Shown one piece after another: positions 30,486 through 39,003 of a stretch of 64,000 nucleotides of DNA; position 1 is the stretch's first letter; each line of letters starts with the position of its first letter. A program made the position numbers and the translations under genes. The notes under the pieces were generated by a model. It did not search any database, had not been told where the DNA came from, and saw nothing but the letters and a program-made list of their open reading frames with translations. The DNA is from Holosporaceae bacterium (GTDB lineage: Bacteria > Pseudomonadota > Alphaproteobacteria > UBA3830). The DNA lies in the NCBI GenBank assembly GCA_031283445.1, contig JAITBT010000026.1, positions 7,634 through 71,633 of the forward strand, in the 5' to 3' direction.

Positions 30486-31133
30486 ATGGATAAGTTAATC
30501 TCAGACTTCGTGTACATTGGTGCGGGATTAGCGATAACATTGCAGCTATTAGTGGGCAGTTTCCTGATGGGAATAGTAGTCGGCTCGTTGTTATCCATAA
30601 TTCGCGTCAGTGATATCAGCAAGATTTGCACATTTTTGATTGAACGTGTTATCTCCGTCATAAGGGGGACGCCGCTTGTTTTACAGCTGAGCCTAATATA
30701 TTTTTCCGTGCCAGGGATTCTAGACATAAAGCTGAGTGCACTCTCAGCCGGCATCGTAGCATTTGGCATTAATAGTTCAGCATATATCTCTGAAATACTA
30801 CGGGCGGGCATAGAAAGTTTGCCGCAGGGACAATTCGAGGCAGCACGAACTCTTGGAATACCAAAATACTATATGTGGAAAGACATCATAATGCCGCAGG
30901 TTATCGCTAACATTTATCCAGCTATGATAAATGAAATAATTGCGTTGCTGAAAGAAACGGCTTTAATTGTGACTATCGGGGGGATGGACATCATGAGGAG
31001 GTCTCAGATCATAGCAGCGGAGCGGTATGAATATTTCGCACCACTGTGTATTGCTGGCGCCTATTATTACCTATTAGTAGTATTGATTGAATTTATTGGG
31101 AAAAAAATCGAAAACAGGAAAATTAAGTGCTAA
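30486..31133 (+). CDS. Polar amino-acid ABC transporter permease
   Basis: 215 aa with multiple TM segments and the EAA-like loop SSAYISEILRAGIESLPQGQFEAARTLG. Confidence 0.85.
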   Translation: MDKLISDFVYIGAGLAITLQLLVGSFLMGIVVGSLLSIIRVSDISKICTFLIERVISVIRGTPLVLQLSLIYFSVPGILDIKLSALSAGIVAFGINSSAYISEILRAGIESLPQGQFEAARTLGIPKYYMWKDIIMPQVIANIYPAMINEIIALLKETALIVTIGGMDIMRRSQIIAAERYEYFAPLCIAGAYYYLLVVLIEFIGKKIENRKIKC

Positions 31134-31780
31134 AAATTAATAACATTCACAAATCATATAATGGTACTAAAATATTGAAAGGAGTGACACTGGAGATATC
31201 GAGGGGAAAGAGATTAGGCTTAGCGGGACCATCAGGTAGCGGCAAAACAACACTGCTGAGGTGTATCCAAGATCTGGAAACGCAGGATATAGGAACAATA
31301 AAATGCAGTGAGAAAACTTGTTTCATGTTCCAGGACTTTCAGCTATTTCCGCATATGACGGTGTGGCAAAATTTACTATACGCACCAAACCTAAATGGAG
31401 ATCGAGGCCAAAACGAACAACGGGCAAACAAATTCCTCCGGGATCTGGGTCTGGAAGACAAGAAGCAATCATATCCAAAATCTTTATCCGGTGGCCAGAA
31501 GCAACGCGTAGCTCTAGCTCGTAGTCTTATGATAAATCCTAGCCTGTTGCTCTGCGACGAACCAACCTCCGGTTTGGACGTAGCGACGGTTATGGATGTG
31601 GTTATACTCCTGAAATCCGTCAGCGCTTCTGGTGTTACTATGATAATAGCATCACATGACTTGGATTTTCTGGTAAAAATGTCAGACCGTATTGTTTTGC
31701 TAAAAGAAGGAGAGATAGCCGTCGACGTGGATGTGCAGAAACACAATGATCCTGTAAATTATTTAAAGAAATATTATTAA
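31127..31780 (+). CDS. Polar amino-acid ABC transporter ATP-binding protein
   Basis: Walker A GPSGSGKTT, signature LSGGQKQRVALAR, Walker B LLLCDEPTSGLD and an H-loop (ASHD). It overlaps the permease gene by 7 nt. Confidence 0.9.
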   Translation: MLKINNIHKSYNGTKILKGVTLEISRGKRLGLAGPSGSGKTTLLRCIQDLETQDIGTIKCSEKTCFMFQDFQLFPHMTVWQNLLYAPNLNGDRGQNEQRANKFLRDLGLEDKKQSYPKSLSGGQKQRVALARSLMINPSLLLCDEPTSGLDVATVMDVVILLKSVSASGVTMIIASHDLDFLVKMSDRIVLLKEGEIAVDVDVQKHNDPVNYLKKYY

Positions 31781-31803
31781 TAACTGCTTGAAAATTCTTT
31801 TTT

Positions 31804-33048
31804 TTAATGGCTTTGAATTTGAATAGATTTTTTACAAATATATCCAACGGTGATCAAACATACAAGTGCGCTAAATGACATATATAAGCCGGGACCATAC
31901 AGTAAATTTAAGTGTCCGACTAAAAATTCATCTATCATCAGTGCAGTTCCACCGAATATGGCGGTACCTACGGACCAGGCTATGCTACTACCGCTGTATT
32001 TTGTGCCGGTTTTGAATTGCCTAAGCAGTATCGTAAATGCGGTGGCGGAGACGAGAGCGTCCAGAATGCCGTATATTAGTTGTCCCAGTATGGCGTGGGC
32101 GAAATTACCGTCAGAAGCCAGAGACATTATTAAAGGGCTCAGAATTAAAGCAAGAAATAATCCGGAAAAACATAGCTTGGACCCGTTAAATCTGTCCGCT
32201 ATATAAGCAAAGATAGGAATTAATACGGTGTCCAGCACAATTCCAACTGTAATTGCTGTTGCTGCTTGCTCTGCAGGTAGACCACCGACAGTCACTGCTA
32301 TGGTTCTGTAATATATATTTCCAGTGTAAACGAAAACTGAAACAAATATGGAAAAAGCGGCAGAACAAGCCAGACCAGCTTTGTTGTGTTTCCAAGCCAC
32401 AAATATAGGGAGGTTAAACAGTTCGTTATTTTCTTTGGCTCTGCAAAAATCGTCAGTTTCTTTCATATCTCGGCGTAGATATATAGCAGCAAGAGCAATT
32501 ATAGCACTTAGCAGAAACGGAATTCGCCATAGAAAGTCGTTATTAAAGTAAGATACGATGGTAGCTGCTAGACTGCCAAGTGCCATGCCGGCTGAAGCCG
32601 CAAACGAAGTCCAAGAGCCGGCAAGGAATGGATAACGTTTATCGTATTCCGTAAGCAGCACTGTTGCGCCGTTAAATTCTCCACCAACTGCAATCCCTTG
32701 GATCATTCTGAAAATAATCAAGAAAAATGAGGAAGCACTGCCTATACAGTCATACGTCGGTAATATTCCTATACCGCAGGTTGCTAAGGCCATTAGAAAA
32801 AGCGAAGCTATCATTGGCGTTTTGCGTCCATATTTATCGCCTATGTGTCCGAAAATAATTGCTCCGACCGGGCGCATGATATAGCTGGCAGCGAATACAC
32901 TGTAAATTTTTAGGCGAGCGAAGGTAAAGTCATCATCAGAAAAAAACAAATGCGATAAATCATCCGCCATGTAAGCGAAAAATGTAAATTCCGTCCATTC
33001 CAACAGTGTGCCAAGGTTTACGACGGCTATGTTTTTCCTCAAACTCAT
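31804..33048 (-). CDS. MFS transporter, ProP (proline/betaine)-like family
   Basis: 12-TM-type hydrophobic profile. The N-terminus VVNLGTLLEWTEFTFFAYMADDLSHLFF and the motif GHIGDKYGRK are typical of ProP-like carriers, a family expanded in intracellular alphaproteobacteria. Confidence 0.8.
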   Translation of the reverse strand: MSLRKNIAVVNLGTLLEWTEFTFFAYMADDLSHLFFSDDDFTFARLKIYSVFAASYIMRPVGAIIFGHIGDKYGRKTPMIASLFLMALATCGIGILPTYDCIGSASSFFLIIFRMIQGIAVGGEFNGATVLLTEYDKRYPFLAGSWTSFAASAGMALGSLAATIVSYFNNDFLWRIPFLLSAIIALAAIYLRRDMKETDDFCRAKENNELFNLPIFVAWKHNKAGLACSAAFSIFVSVFVYTGNIYYRTIAVTVGGLPAEQAATAITVGIVLDTVLIPIFAYIADRFNGSKLCFSGLFLALILSPLIMSLASDGNFAHAILGQLIYGILDALVSATAFTILLRQFKTGTKYSGSSIAWSVGTAIFGGTALMIDEFLVGHLNLLYGPGLYMSFSALVCLITVGYICKKSIQIQSH

Positions 33049-33075
33049 ATGAACTCCTTATCAACTCTAATAAAA

Positions 33076-34020
33076 TTACAACTGCGGATCTTCTATTTTG
33101 AGATTTAGTTTGCGAAACAGTTGGCTGTCGGCATTGTCTTTTATATTATCGACAGTCAGCAGTTTTTCGCTGGAGAAAAATGCGTTAGCGCCGGCGAATA
33201 TGCACAGAGCCTGGATTGATTCTGAGAGCGTGTTGCGTCCAGCGGCAATTTTTACATAGGATTTCGGCATCAGAATACGCGCCAGCGCAATGATCCTCAC
33301 GAAATCGAAATCGTCTATGGGTTTTGAATCATCGACACGGGTGCCTGGAATTTTCACCAGTTTATTTATGGGCACGCAACGGGGCGGAATTATCAGATTC
33401 GCTAGCAAAACCAGCATCTTAATCCTGTCTTCGTTGGTTTCTCCCATGCCTACAATGCCGCCAGAGCAGACGTTGATGCCAACTTTCTGCACGATTTCCA
33501 CCGTCCTGATGCGGTCGTGGATGGTTCTGGTGGAGATGATGTTATGATAGAATTCCGGAGAGGTATCCACGTTATGATTGTAGTAATCCAGCCCGGATTC
33601 TTTCAGTTTCACCGCCTGGGTTTCTGTTAAAAATCCGAGAGTGACGCAGGTTTCCAGGCCAAGAGCCTTCACTGACCTCACTATTCCGCATATTTTTTCA
33701 AATTCGTCGTCGGACGATAAACAGGGACCAGAAGTGCTCATGCAAAAGCGACTAGCTCCGCGTTCTTTGGCTCTGCGGGCTGCCTCCAGTACTACTTCCG
33801 GGTTCAGCATTGGTTGCTTTAACATTTTGGCGCCGGTTTTGGCTGACTGAGCACAGTAGGCACAGTCTTCTGAGCATCCTCCGGTTTTTACACTCAAGAT
33901 ATCGCTGATCTGCACCGATTGTTCATCAAAATTTTGTACATGAACATCATGAGCAATCCTCAATAACTTAAAAAACGGATAATTAAAAATATCAAATGCT
34001 TTTTCGAAAGTAATTTCCAT
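33076..34020 (-). CDS. bioB: Biotin synthase
   Basis: Radical-SAM cluster motif GGCSEDCAYCAQS and a BioB-like downstream region (CMSTSG, ...YNHNVDTSPEFY). Confidence 0.9.
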   Translation of the reverse strand: MEITFEKAFDIFNYPFFKLLRIAHDVHVQNFDEQSVQISDILSVKTGGCSEDCAYCAQSAKTGAKMLKQPMLNPEVVLEAARRAKERGASRFCMSTSGPCLSSDDEFEKICGIVRSVKALGLETCVTLGFLTETQAVKLKESGLDYYNHNVDTSPEFYHNIISTRTIHDRIRTVEIVQKVGINVCSGGIVGMGETNEDRIKMLVLLANLIIPPRCVPINKLVKIPGTRVDDSKPIDDFDFVRIIALARILMPKSYVKIAAGRNTLSESIQALCIFAGANAFFSSEKLLTVDNIKDNADSQLFRKLNLKIEDPQL

Positions 34021-34031
34021 TAGGAAGATTC

Positions 34032-35267
34032 CTATAAATACTTATTGATTACATCATAAGTTCTAGCCAAATCATCAGCGTTCACGCAATATGGAGGGAA
34101 TAGATAGATCGTTTTTCCTAGCGGACGCAAAAAAATTCCGTTCTCCAATGCATTATTTATCACAGAGTTAGCTTTATCTTCGGACTCAGTGTCGAAGGCT
34201 GTCATAATGCCAATGCTTCTTCTTTTGACGGAATTGCGAATATTGTGACTTATGTGAAAATCCTCAATCTCTTTTATTTTTGTAACTATCTCTTTTCTAA
34301 AAAGAATTTCTAGAGACTTGCAGGCCGCAGCGCAAGCGATGGGGTTGGCCGTATAGGAATGTCCATGCAAAAATGTCTTTCTTTTATCGTCCGACAGAAA
34401 CACCTCGTAAACCTTTTCCGTTGTGATCGTCAACGCCAGCGGCAAAAAACCTCCTGTAAGTCCTTTGGAAAGACAGACAAAATCCGGTAGTACATTGGTT
34501 TGATTCATGGCGAATATCGTTCCGGTGCGATAGAATCCAGTCATTACTTCGTCGAAGATGACGAGAATGTCGTATTCTCTCACTTTATTTACCAGTTTTT
34601 CCAAAAATTCAGATCGATAAAGTCGCATACCAAAGGATCCCTGTAACAACGGCTCCAGTATGAGCGCGCAGATTTTGTCTCCGATTTCTTTCAGGGTTTT
34701 CTCCAGTTTATGGATTATTTCGTCTTCTTTTTCCTCCACTGATTCTGCGCCGTCATAATATTCAGGAACGTCGACTATGACGGTTTTGAAAAATAATTCG
34801 GAAAAGGTCGCATGGTATTTGGAATTTCCGCCGGTGACGCTCATGGCTCCAAATGTGTCTCCGTAATAGCCGCCTTCCAGCGAAAGAAAGAGCGTGCGGC
34901 CGGTTTCTTCGACGTTTTTGAAATACTGATAGGCCATTTTTAGCGCCACTTCCACCGCCGTTGATCCGTTATCCGAAAAAAAATATCGATTTAATTTTTC
35001 CGGAACGACTTTCCCGAGATTTTCAACCAATTTTTCTGCTGGATCATGGGTGAATCTGGTGAAAATAACGTGCTCCAGCGTTCTCGCTTGCTGTCCTATA
35101 GCTTCTGCGATTTCCCGATTTGCATGTCCGTGTAGATTAACGAACCAGCTGGATATCATATCCAGATATTTTTTTCCACTTTCGGAAATCAGATACGCAC
35201 CATTTCCCCTGATTATTTTTATCGCGGGAGGAGCCGTTTTCTCTTGGGTGAAAGGCCTCCAAATCAT
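34032..35267 (-). CDS. bioA: Adenosylmethionine-8-amino-7-oxononanoate aminotransferase
   Basis: Class III aminotransferase with MIWRPFTQ..., VIFDEVMTGFYRTG and the PLP-Lys context CLSKGLTGGFLPL. It lies between bioD and bioB. Confidence 0.9.
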   Translation of the reverse strand: MIWRPFTQEKTAPPAIKIIRGNGAYLISESGKKYLDMISSWFVNLHGHANREIAEAIGQQARTLEHVIFTRFTHDPAEKLVENLGKVVPEKLNRYFFSDNGSTAVEVALKMAYQYFKNVEETGRTLFLSLEGGYYGDTFGAMSVTGGNSKYHATFSELFFKTVIVDVPEYYDGAESVEEKEDEIIHKLEKTLKEIGDKICALILEPLLQGSFGMRLYRSEFLEKLVNKVREYDILVIFDEVMTGFYRTGTIFAMNQTNVLPDFVCLSKGLTGGFLPLALTITTEKVYEVFLSDDKRKTFLHGHSYTANPIACAAACKSLEILFRKEIVTKIKEIEDFHISHNIRNSVKRRSIGIMTAFDTESEDKANSVINNALENGIFLRPLGKTIYLFPPYCVNADDLARTYDVINKYL

Positions 35268-35863
35268 TTTAATATCTCCAAAGTTTCCAATGGTAGTGTG
35301 ATATTTCGCAAAGTTTCAATTAAATTATCGCTATGGGGAATAATGGAGAGTATTTTTAGTCCAGAAAACTCCTGGATGGTGGATTTTAGGTTACTTTCAA
35401 TCTCTCCATTCATAATGATGCCAAGAATCCCAATTCCGCGGACCTTTAGAACTTCCACTGTCATCAGCAGATGATTAATCACTCCCAGTTGCGATTTCGC
35501 AACTATTAAGGCTTTCGCGTTGCACGTTTTTATAAGATCTGCCATAAAAAAATTTTTTGCGATGGGAACGAGTGCTCCGCCAGCTCCTTCAATGATCGTG
35601 TTTTGCAAATCTCTAGCAAGTAAATTTCGATCGATTTTCACATTTTCCAATTTTGCAGCATCGTAAGGAGACAGTGACGCCCTTAATTTATATGCTTCCG
35701 ATATTATTTTTGTGTGCCGAGAAAATTTTGCAATTATATCACTGTCGGAATTATCTCCGGTTTGAATTGGCTTCCAATAATTCGCGTTTGTATGCATACA
35801 AAGCCAGGCAGAAATTGCTGTCTTCCCCACATTTGTGTCCGTTCCCGTAACAAAAATATTCAC
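35264..35863 (-). CDS. bioD: Dethiobiotin synthase
   Basis: MNIFVTGTDTNVGKTAISAWL P-loop; 199 aa; overlaps bioA by 4 nt. Confidence 0.85.
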   Translation of the reverse strand: MNIFVTGTDTNVGKTAISAWLCMHTNANYWKPIQTGDNSDSDIIAKFSRHTKIISEAYKLRASLSPYDAAKLENVKIDRNLLARDLQNTIIEGAGGALVPIAKNFFMADLIKTCNAKALIVAKSQLGVINHLLMTVEVLKVRGIGILGIIMNGEIESNLKSTIQEFSGLKILSIIPHSDNLIETLRNITLPLETLEILK

Positions 35864-36238
35864 AGCTAATAGTTACCTTTCAAGTTATACAAATTACAAG
35901 TGATAATATTTGTTCCTATTTTTTATTGTTCGAGATATATCTTCTTCCTCTCTTATTATACTATGCCGTCCACAAAAATTCAAAACTTTATGTCGCAGAA
36001 ATACGCCACAACTTCCCTCACCATCATCGCTGCTCGTTCGCTTAATATAACCGTCTGCGTCTTCCGTATCTCCAAATACATATATTTGCGATTCAAACAA
36101 AAAATCTCTACAAATCAGCGAGAAACGCATCCAAAGATAAATTGCGTATAAAATATATATATATTACTGGATAAAGTATTCATAATAGTATCTATTATTA
36201 TGGGAGTCGTTAATATAACCGTCTGCAGGAGCAATATT

Positions 36239-37516
36239 ATGGAAAAAAATAGGCATATCTTGTGCGCAAGAAGCAAAATTAGAAAATCCACAAAAAAAAG
36301 TTGCAAAAACGTAAAGTTCTTTTTTTATTGGTTGCTGGCCATTCTGTTCATGGGTAGCTGCTCTGCCATGCAACATCCAAAGTCGTTTGATTTATCTGGG
36401 GAACTTGATTTTTCTGATTGTTGTTTGGTGAACTTGTGTCCCGTATACAAAAATGAAAATTTTTCTGACGATTTCGTATATTCGCTTTGTCGTGCTCAGG
36501 AAGGCTTGCCTTTTCCGGTATATAATCTGTTTAGAATAGATAGTGGCTGGACAGAGCCGGTGGGAAAGAGGGACCATGTAGCTCTTAGGCGTTCGTTGCA
36601 TTCATTCCGCTTGGAGGAATGGAGTATCGCTCACAACGATAGAAATGAAAAGTGCTCTATTACGAGACAAGAATTGTTAGTTACTGATTTACAGCGACTT
36701 ATACTTGGAAATAGCTATGTTTCAAACGCTAACTCAAAAGGAAAATTGTTTTTTCAATTTTTGGATACGGATGATATTATCCATCCTGACTTGTTGCGTA
36801 TTGAAATGACAGCGGCCCTATTGACTGCGTCTTCTGTGGTAAGCTGTGAACGGTGTATTTGTCAATTCAGTCGGTATACGATTGACAGATTAGAAAGACT
36901 GAACAACAAGTTAGATATATCGAATTTCGCTTCAGTTCAACTAGATCTTACTGATAAACAACTAGCTCTTACCGATGACTTTTACTATAATCCTGATGGA
37001 ACAGTGAGCCGAGGAGAGTCTACTGATCCCCGCGGATATGTTCCTGTGATTTTTAAACTTAAAGAAGAGATCATTGCTAAAATAAAAGATCCAACTTATT
37101 TTAAAAAGGAATATTACTTGGAAACAATGCACCGATTACTAGATCAATATGGGGAAGATGCATCTTTACTGATTCCGATATCCGAGGCTAGTTCGTTATA
37201 TTTTTATCGACAACATCCTGATTCCGCTTTACATAGCGTAGAGGAAATGGTATATGAGGGCGCGATAAAGGACCTTATTGATAATCAAAAGAGGATGGAT
37301 ATTTATGCTGACATTCTTGTTGATTGTAATATTGAAATACTTGAAGAAAAACTCACTGACTTACAGAATAAATGCTCGTATTTGACGGAGACTATACAGA
37401 ATGTACTAAGAGTAGCTAAAGCGAAACGCGAAAGATTAGAAGAACAAGCTCGCCCATATAAGGAACTGGCAGAGCGACAAGCAACATGCGAGTTTAGACC
37501 GGGACTTAAATGGTAA
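36239..37516 (+). CDS. Hypothetical lipoprotein-like protein with a C-terminal coiled coil
   Basis: Basic N-terminus, hydrophobic core and lipobox-like LAILFMGSCSAM, a leader also seen on the patatin protein. The C-terminus is heptad-rich (LEEKLTDLQNKCSYLTETIQNVLRVAKAKRERLEEQARPYKELAERQ). I recognised no family. The tracked ORF starts at 36200; the ATG at 36239 is preferred. Confidence 0.55.
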   Translation: MEKNRHILCARSKIRKSTKKSCKNVKFFFYWLLAILFMGSCSAMQHPKSFDLSGELDFSDCCLVNLCPVYKNENFSDDFVYSLCRAQEGLPFPVYNLFRIDSGWTEPVGKRDHVALRRSLHSFRLEEWSIAHNDRNEKCSITRQELLVTDLQRLILGNSYVSNANSKGKLFFQFLDTDDIIHPDLLRIEMTAALLTASSVVSCERCICQFSRYTIDRLERLNNKLDISNFASVQLDLTDKQLALTDDFYYNPDGTVSRGESTDPRGYVPVIFKLKEEIIAKIKDPTYFKKEYYLETMHRLLDQYGEDASLLIPISEASSLYFYRQHPDSALHSVEEMVYEGAIKDLIDNQKRMDIYADILVDCNIEILEEKLTDLQNKCSYLTETIQNVLRVAKAKRERLEEQARPYKELAERQATCEFRPGLKW

Positions 37517-37946
37517 GGCGTACGTGCTGTTGAATATTTCTTCCATGATTGTGGTATGAAATTTATCTATTACATGTCTTCTCTTGGATAACATAGCAGA
37601 AAATCCACTCCTGGTGTCATCGTAAAATTTGTATCCTTTGAGGTATTTTACTTGTCGGGATAATCGCCTGCAAGTTGCAATATTACGCCCACATGTACGA
37701 GCTGGTCTTCGTCCTGCTCAGTCCGTTCAGGGCTATCCTGCAAAGGTAGATCAACAGAACAAAATGTGTTGATTCCCAGCTCTTCGCCAGAATTCCTGAA
37801 AACGATCGTACAGGTTCTATTGGGCGCTTGCGAAAGCAGTCATCTTGCGGCGCTGAATCTATTCTTGGTAGACAGTTCTCTGTCCGTTTTTTACGGCTTT
37901 ACTTATTTTCGCTCGAGGAATAGCATCAATTTCACAAAGAAGCTAG

Positions 37947-38339
37947 GTGTCAATGGGCTTGGGGGTTTGTTGCGGAGCGTTAACTATGTGCCCGTTCGGA
38001 GCAGCACCTGGAGCATTAACCTTTTTGCCGGCATCGATGATTATGGGATCCGCTGGTCCAATGGGGACTTGTATGGACACGGTTCCTTTTTTAAATATCG
38101 CGCCTTTTGGCGTCTGCATGAGCCTGGCAAATCCTACGACTGCTGCCTTGACTGCTGCTGCTTTCGGTATTTTAACTCCCGGTCCTTGTATTCCAACGCC
38201 GGCCGGTATTTGGGTACCTACCAAACCTACTGTTCTAGCCAAGCCCGGACCTATGCTTACCAGTGATTCTATTCTCGTATGCGCATTTGGTGGCGTCATA
38301 AAAATCAACTTACCAGCTCAGTTTACTGTGATGATCTAG
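37947..38339 (+). CDS. PAAR-like DUF4280 domain protein
   Basis: 130 aa with the DUF4280 pattern: GALTMCPFGAAPGALTF, PFLNIAPFGVCMSLANPTTAALTAAAFGILTPGPCIPTPAGIWVP, then SDSILVCAFGGVIKI. The start is GTG at 37947 or ATG at 37953. Two overlapping alternative-frame ORFs were rejected. Confidence 0.75.
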   Translation: MSMGLGVCCGALTMCPFGAAPGALTFLPASMIMGSAGPMGTCMDTVPFLNIAPFGVCMSLANPTTAALTAAAFGILTPGPCIPTPAGIWVPTKPTVLAKPGPMLTSDSILVCAFGGVIKINLPAQFTVMI

Positions 38340-38595
38340 GCATGATCTCCATTCCTAATGGCCCTTTGCTTTCTAAACCCATTATTCCCTAATATTTTAC
38401 AATTCTCTCGGTAAGATTTTATGATTTCTACCGTTGAACAAAATAATATGCTATCAATCTGTACTTTCAAAATGGAGGTATTTTTTTTAGTAAAATCATA
38501 AAATACTCATTGCATATCAACCAAATCTTGGTATATATTTTTCTTGCTTTCGTTATAAGAATTCTGTATATGTTTTTTTATTTTTAGGAGATGTT

Positions 38596-39003
38596 ATGAA
38601 AAAAGTACTTACCATAGCTATAGCACTTCTGACTTGTCAACTGTCGGATGCTACTGTCGTACAGCGGGAGAAAGGTTCAAATGCTCCAGGGGTAATTCGT
38701 TTGATGCAACCACTCACGGATGAAAACTCGTTACGCGGCTCGCGATCAGAACGCGGGCTGGGCTCGAGTGCAATGAACTTGTGGGTACCATTACCAGGGT
38801 TGGGTCGATCCCTGCGCTCCGAATACGGGCTAGGCTCGAGTGCTGTCGAATGGTGGATAGACTCACAGAATGAACAGCTTGCAAATATACGTGCAGCGTA
38901 CACTCGCTTTCGAGCTATGTTCTACCAGAGTACACCGACGGTACTGACTCTGACTTATTGCCCGCGCACAGCTGAAGGCTCCTCGGACACATCGTCCGAG
39001 TAA
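38596..39003 (+). CDS. Small secreted protein with an internal tandem repeat
   Basis: Good RBS (AGGAGATGTT-ATG) and signal peptide MKKVLTIAIALLTCQLSDA. Two repeats are present: RSERGLGSSAMNLW and RSEYGLGSSAVEWW. The 3' end overlaps the convergent sulP by 49 nt. Confidence 0.55.
   Translation: MKKVLTIAIALLTCQLSDATVVQREKGSNAPGVIRLMQPLTDENSLRGSRSERGLGSSAMNLWVPLPGLGRSLRSEYGLGSSAVEWWIDSQNEQLANIRAAYTRFRAMFYQSTPTVLTLTYCPRTAEGSSDTSSE

Noticed and set aside
35894-36376. Several 60-83-aa ORFs on both strands in the bioD upstream region.
   Set aside because: They overlap one another, sit in AT-rich low-complexity sequence, and have no RBS or motifs. This is most likely promoter or spacer DNA.
37766-38308. 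Two long ORFs overlapping the DUF4280 gene: 166 aa on the + strand (37766-38266) and 121 aa on the - strand (37943-38308).
   Set aside because: They lie in alternative frames of a locally GC-rich stretch, where stop codons are rare. Their translations are low-complexity with no motifs, while the 37947 frame carries the full DUF4280 pattern.
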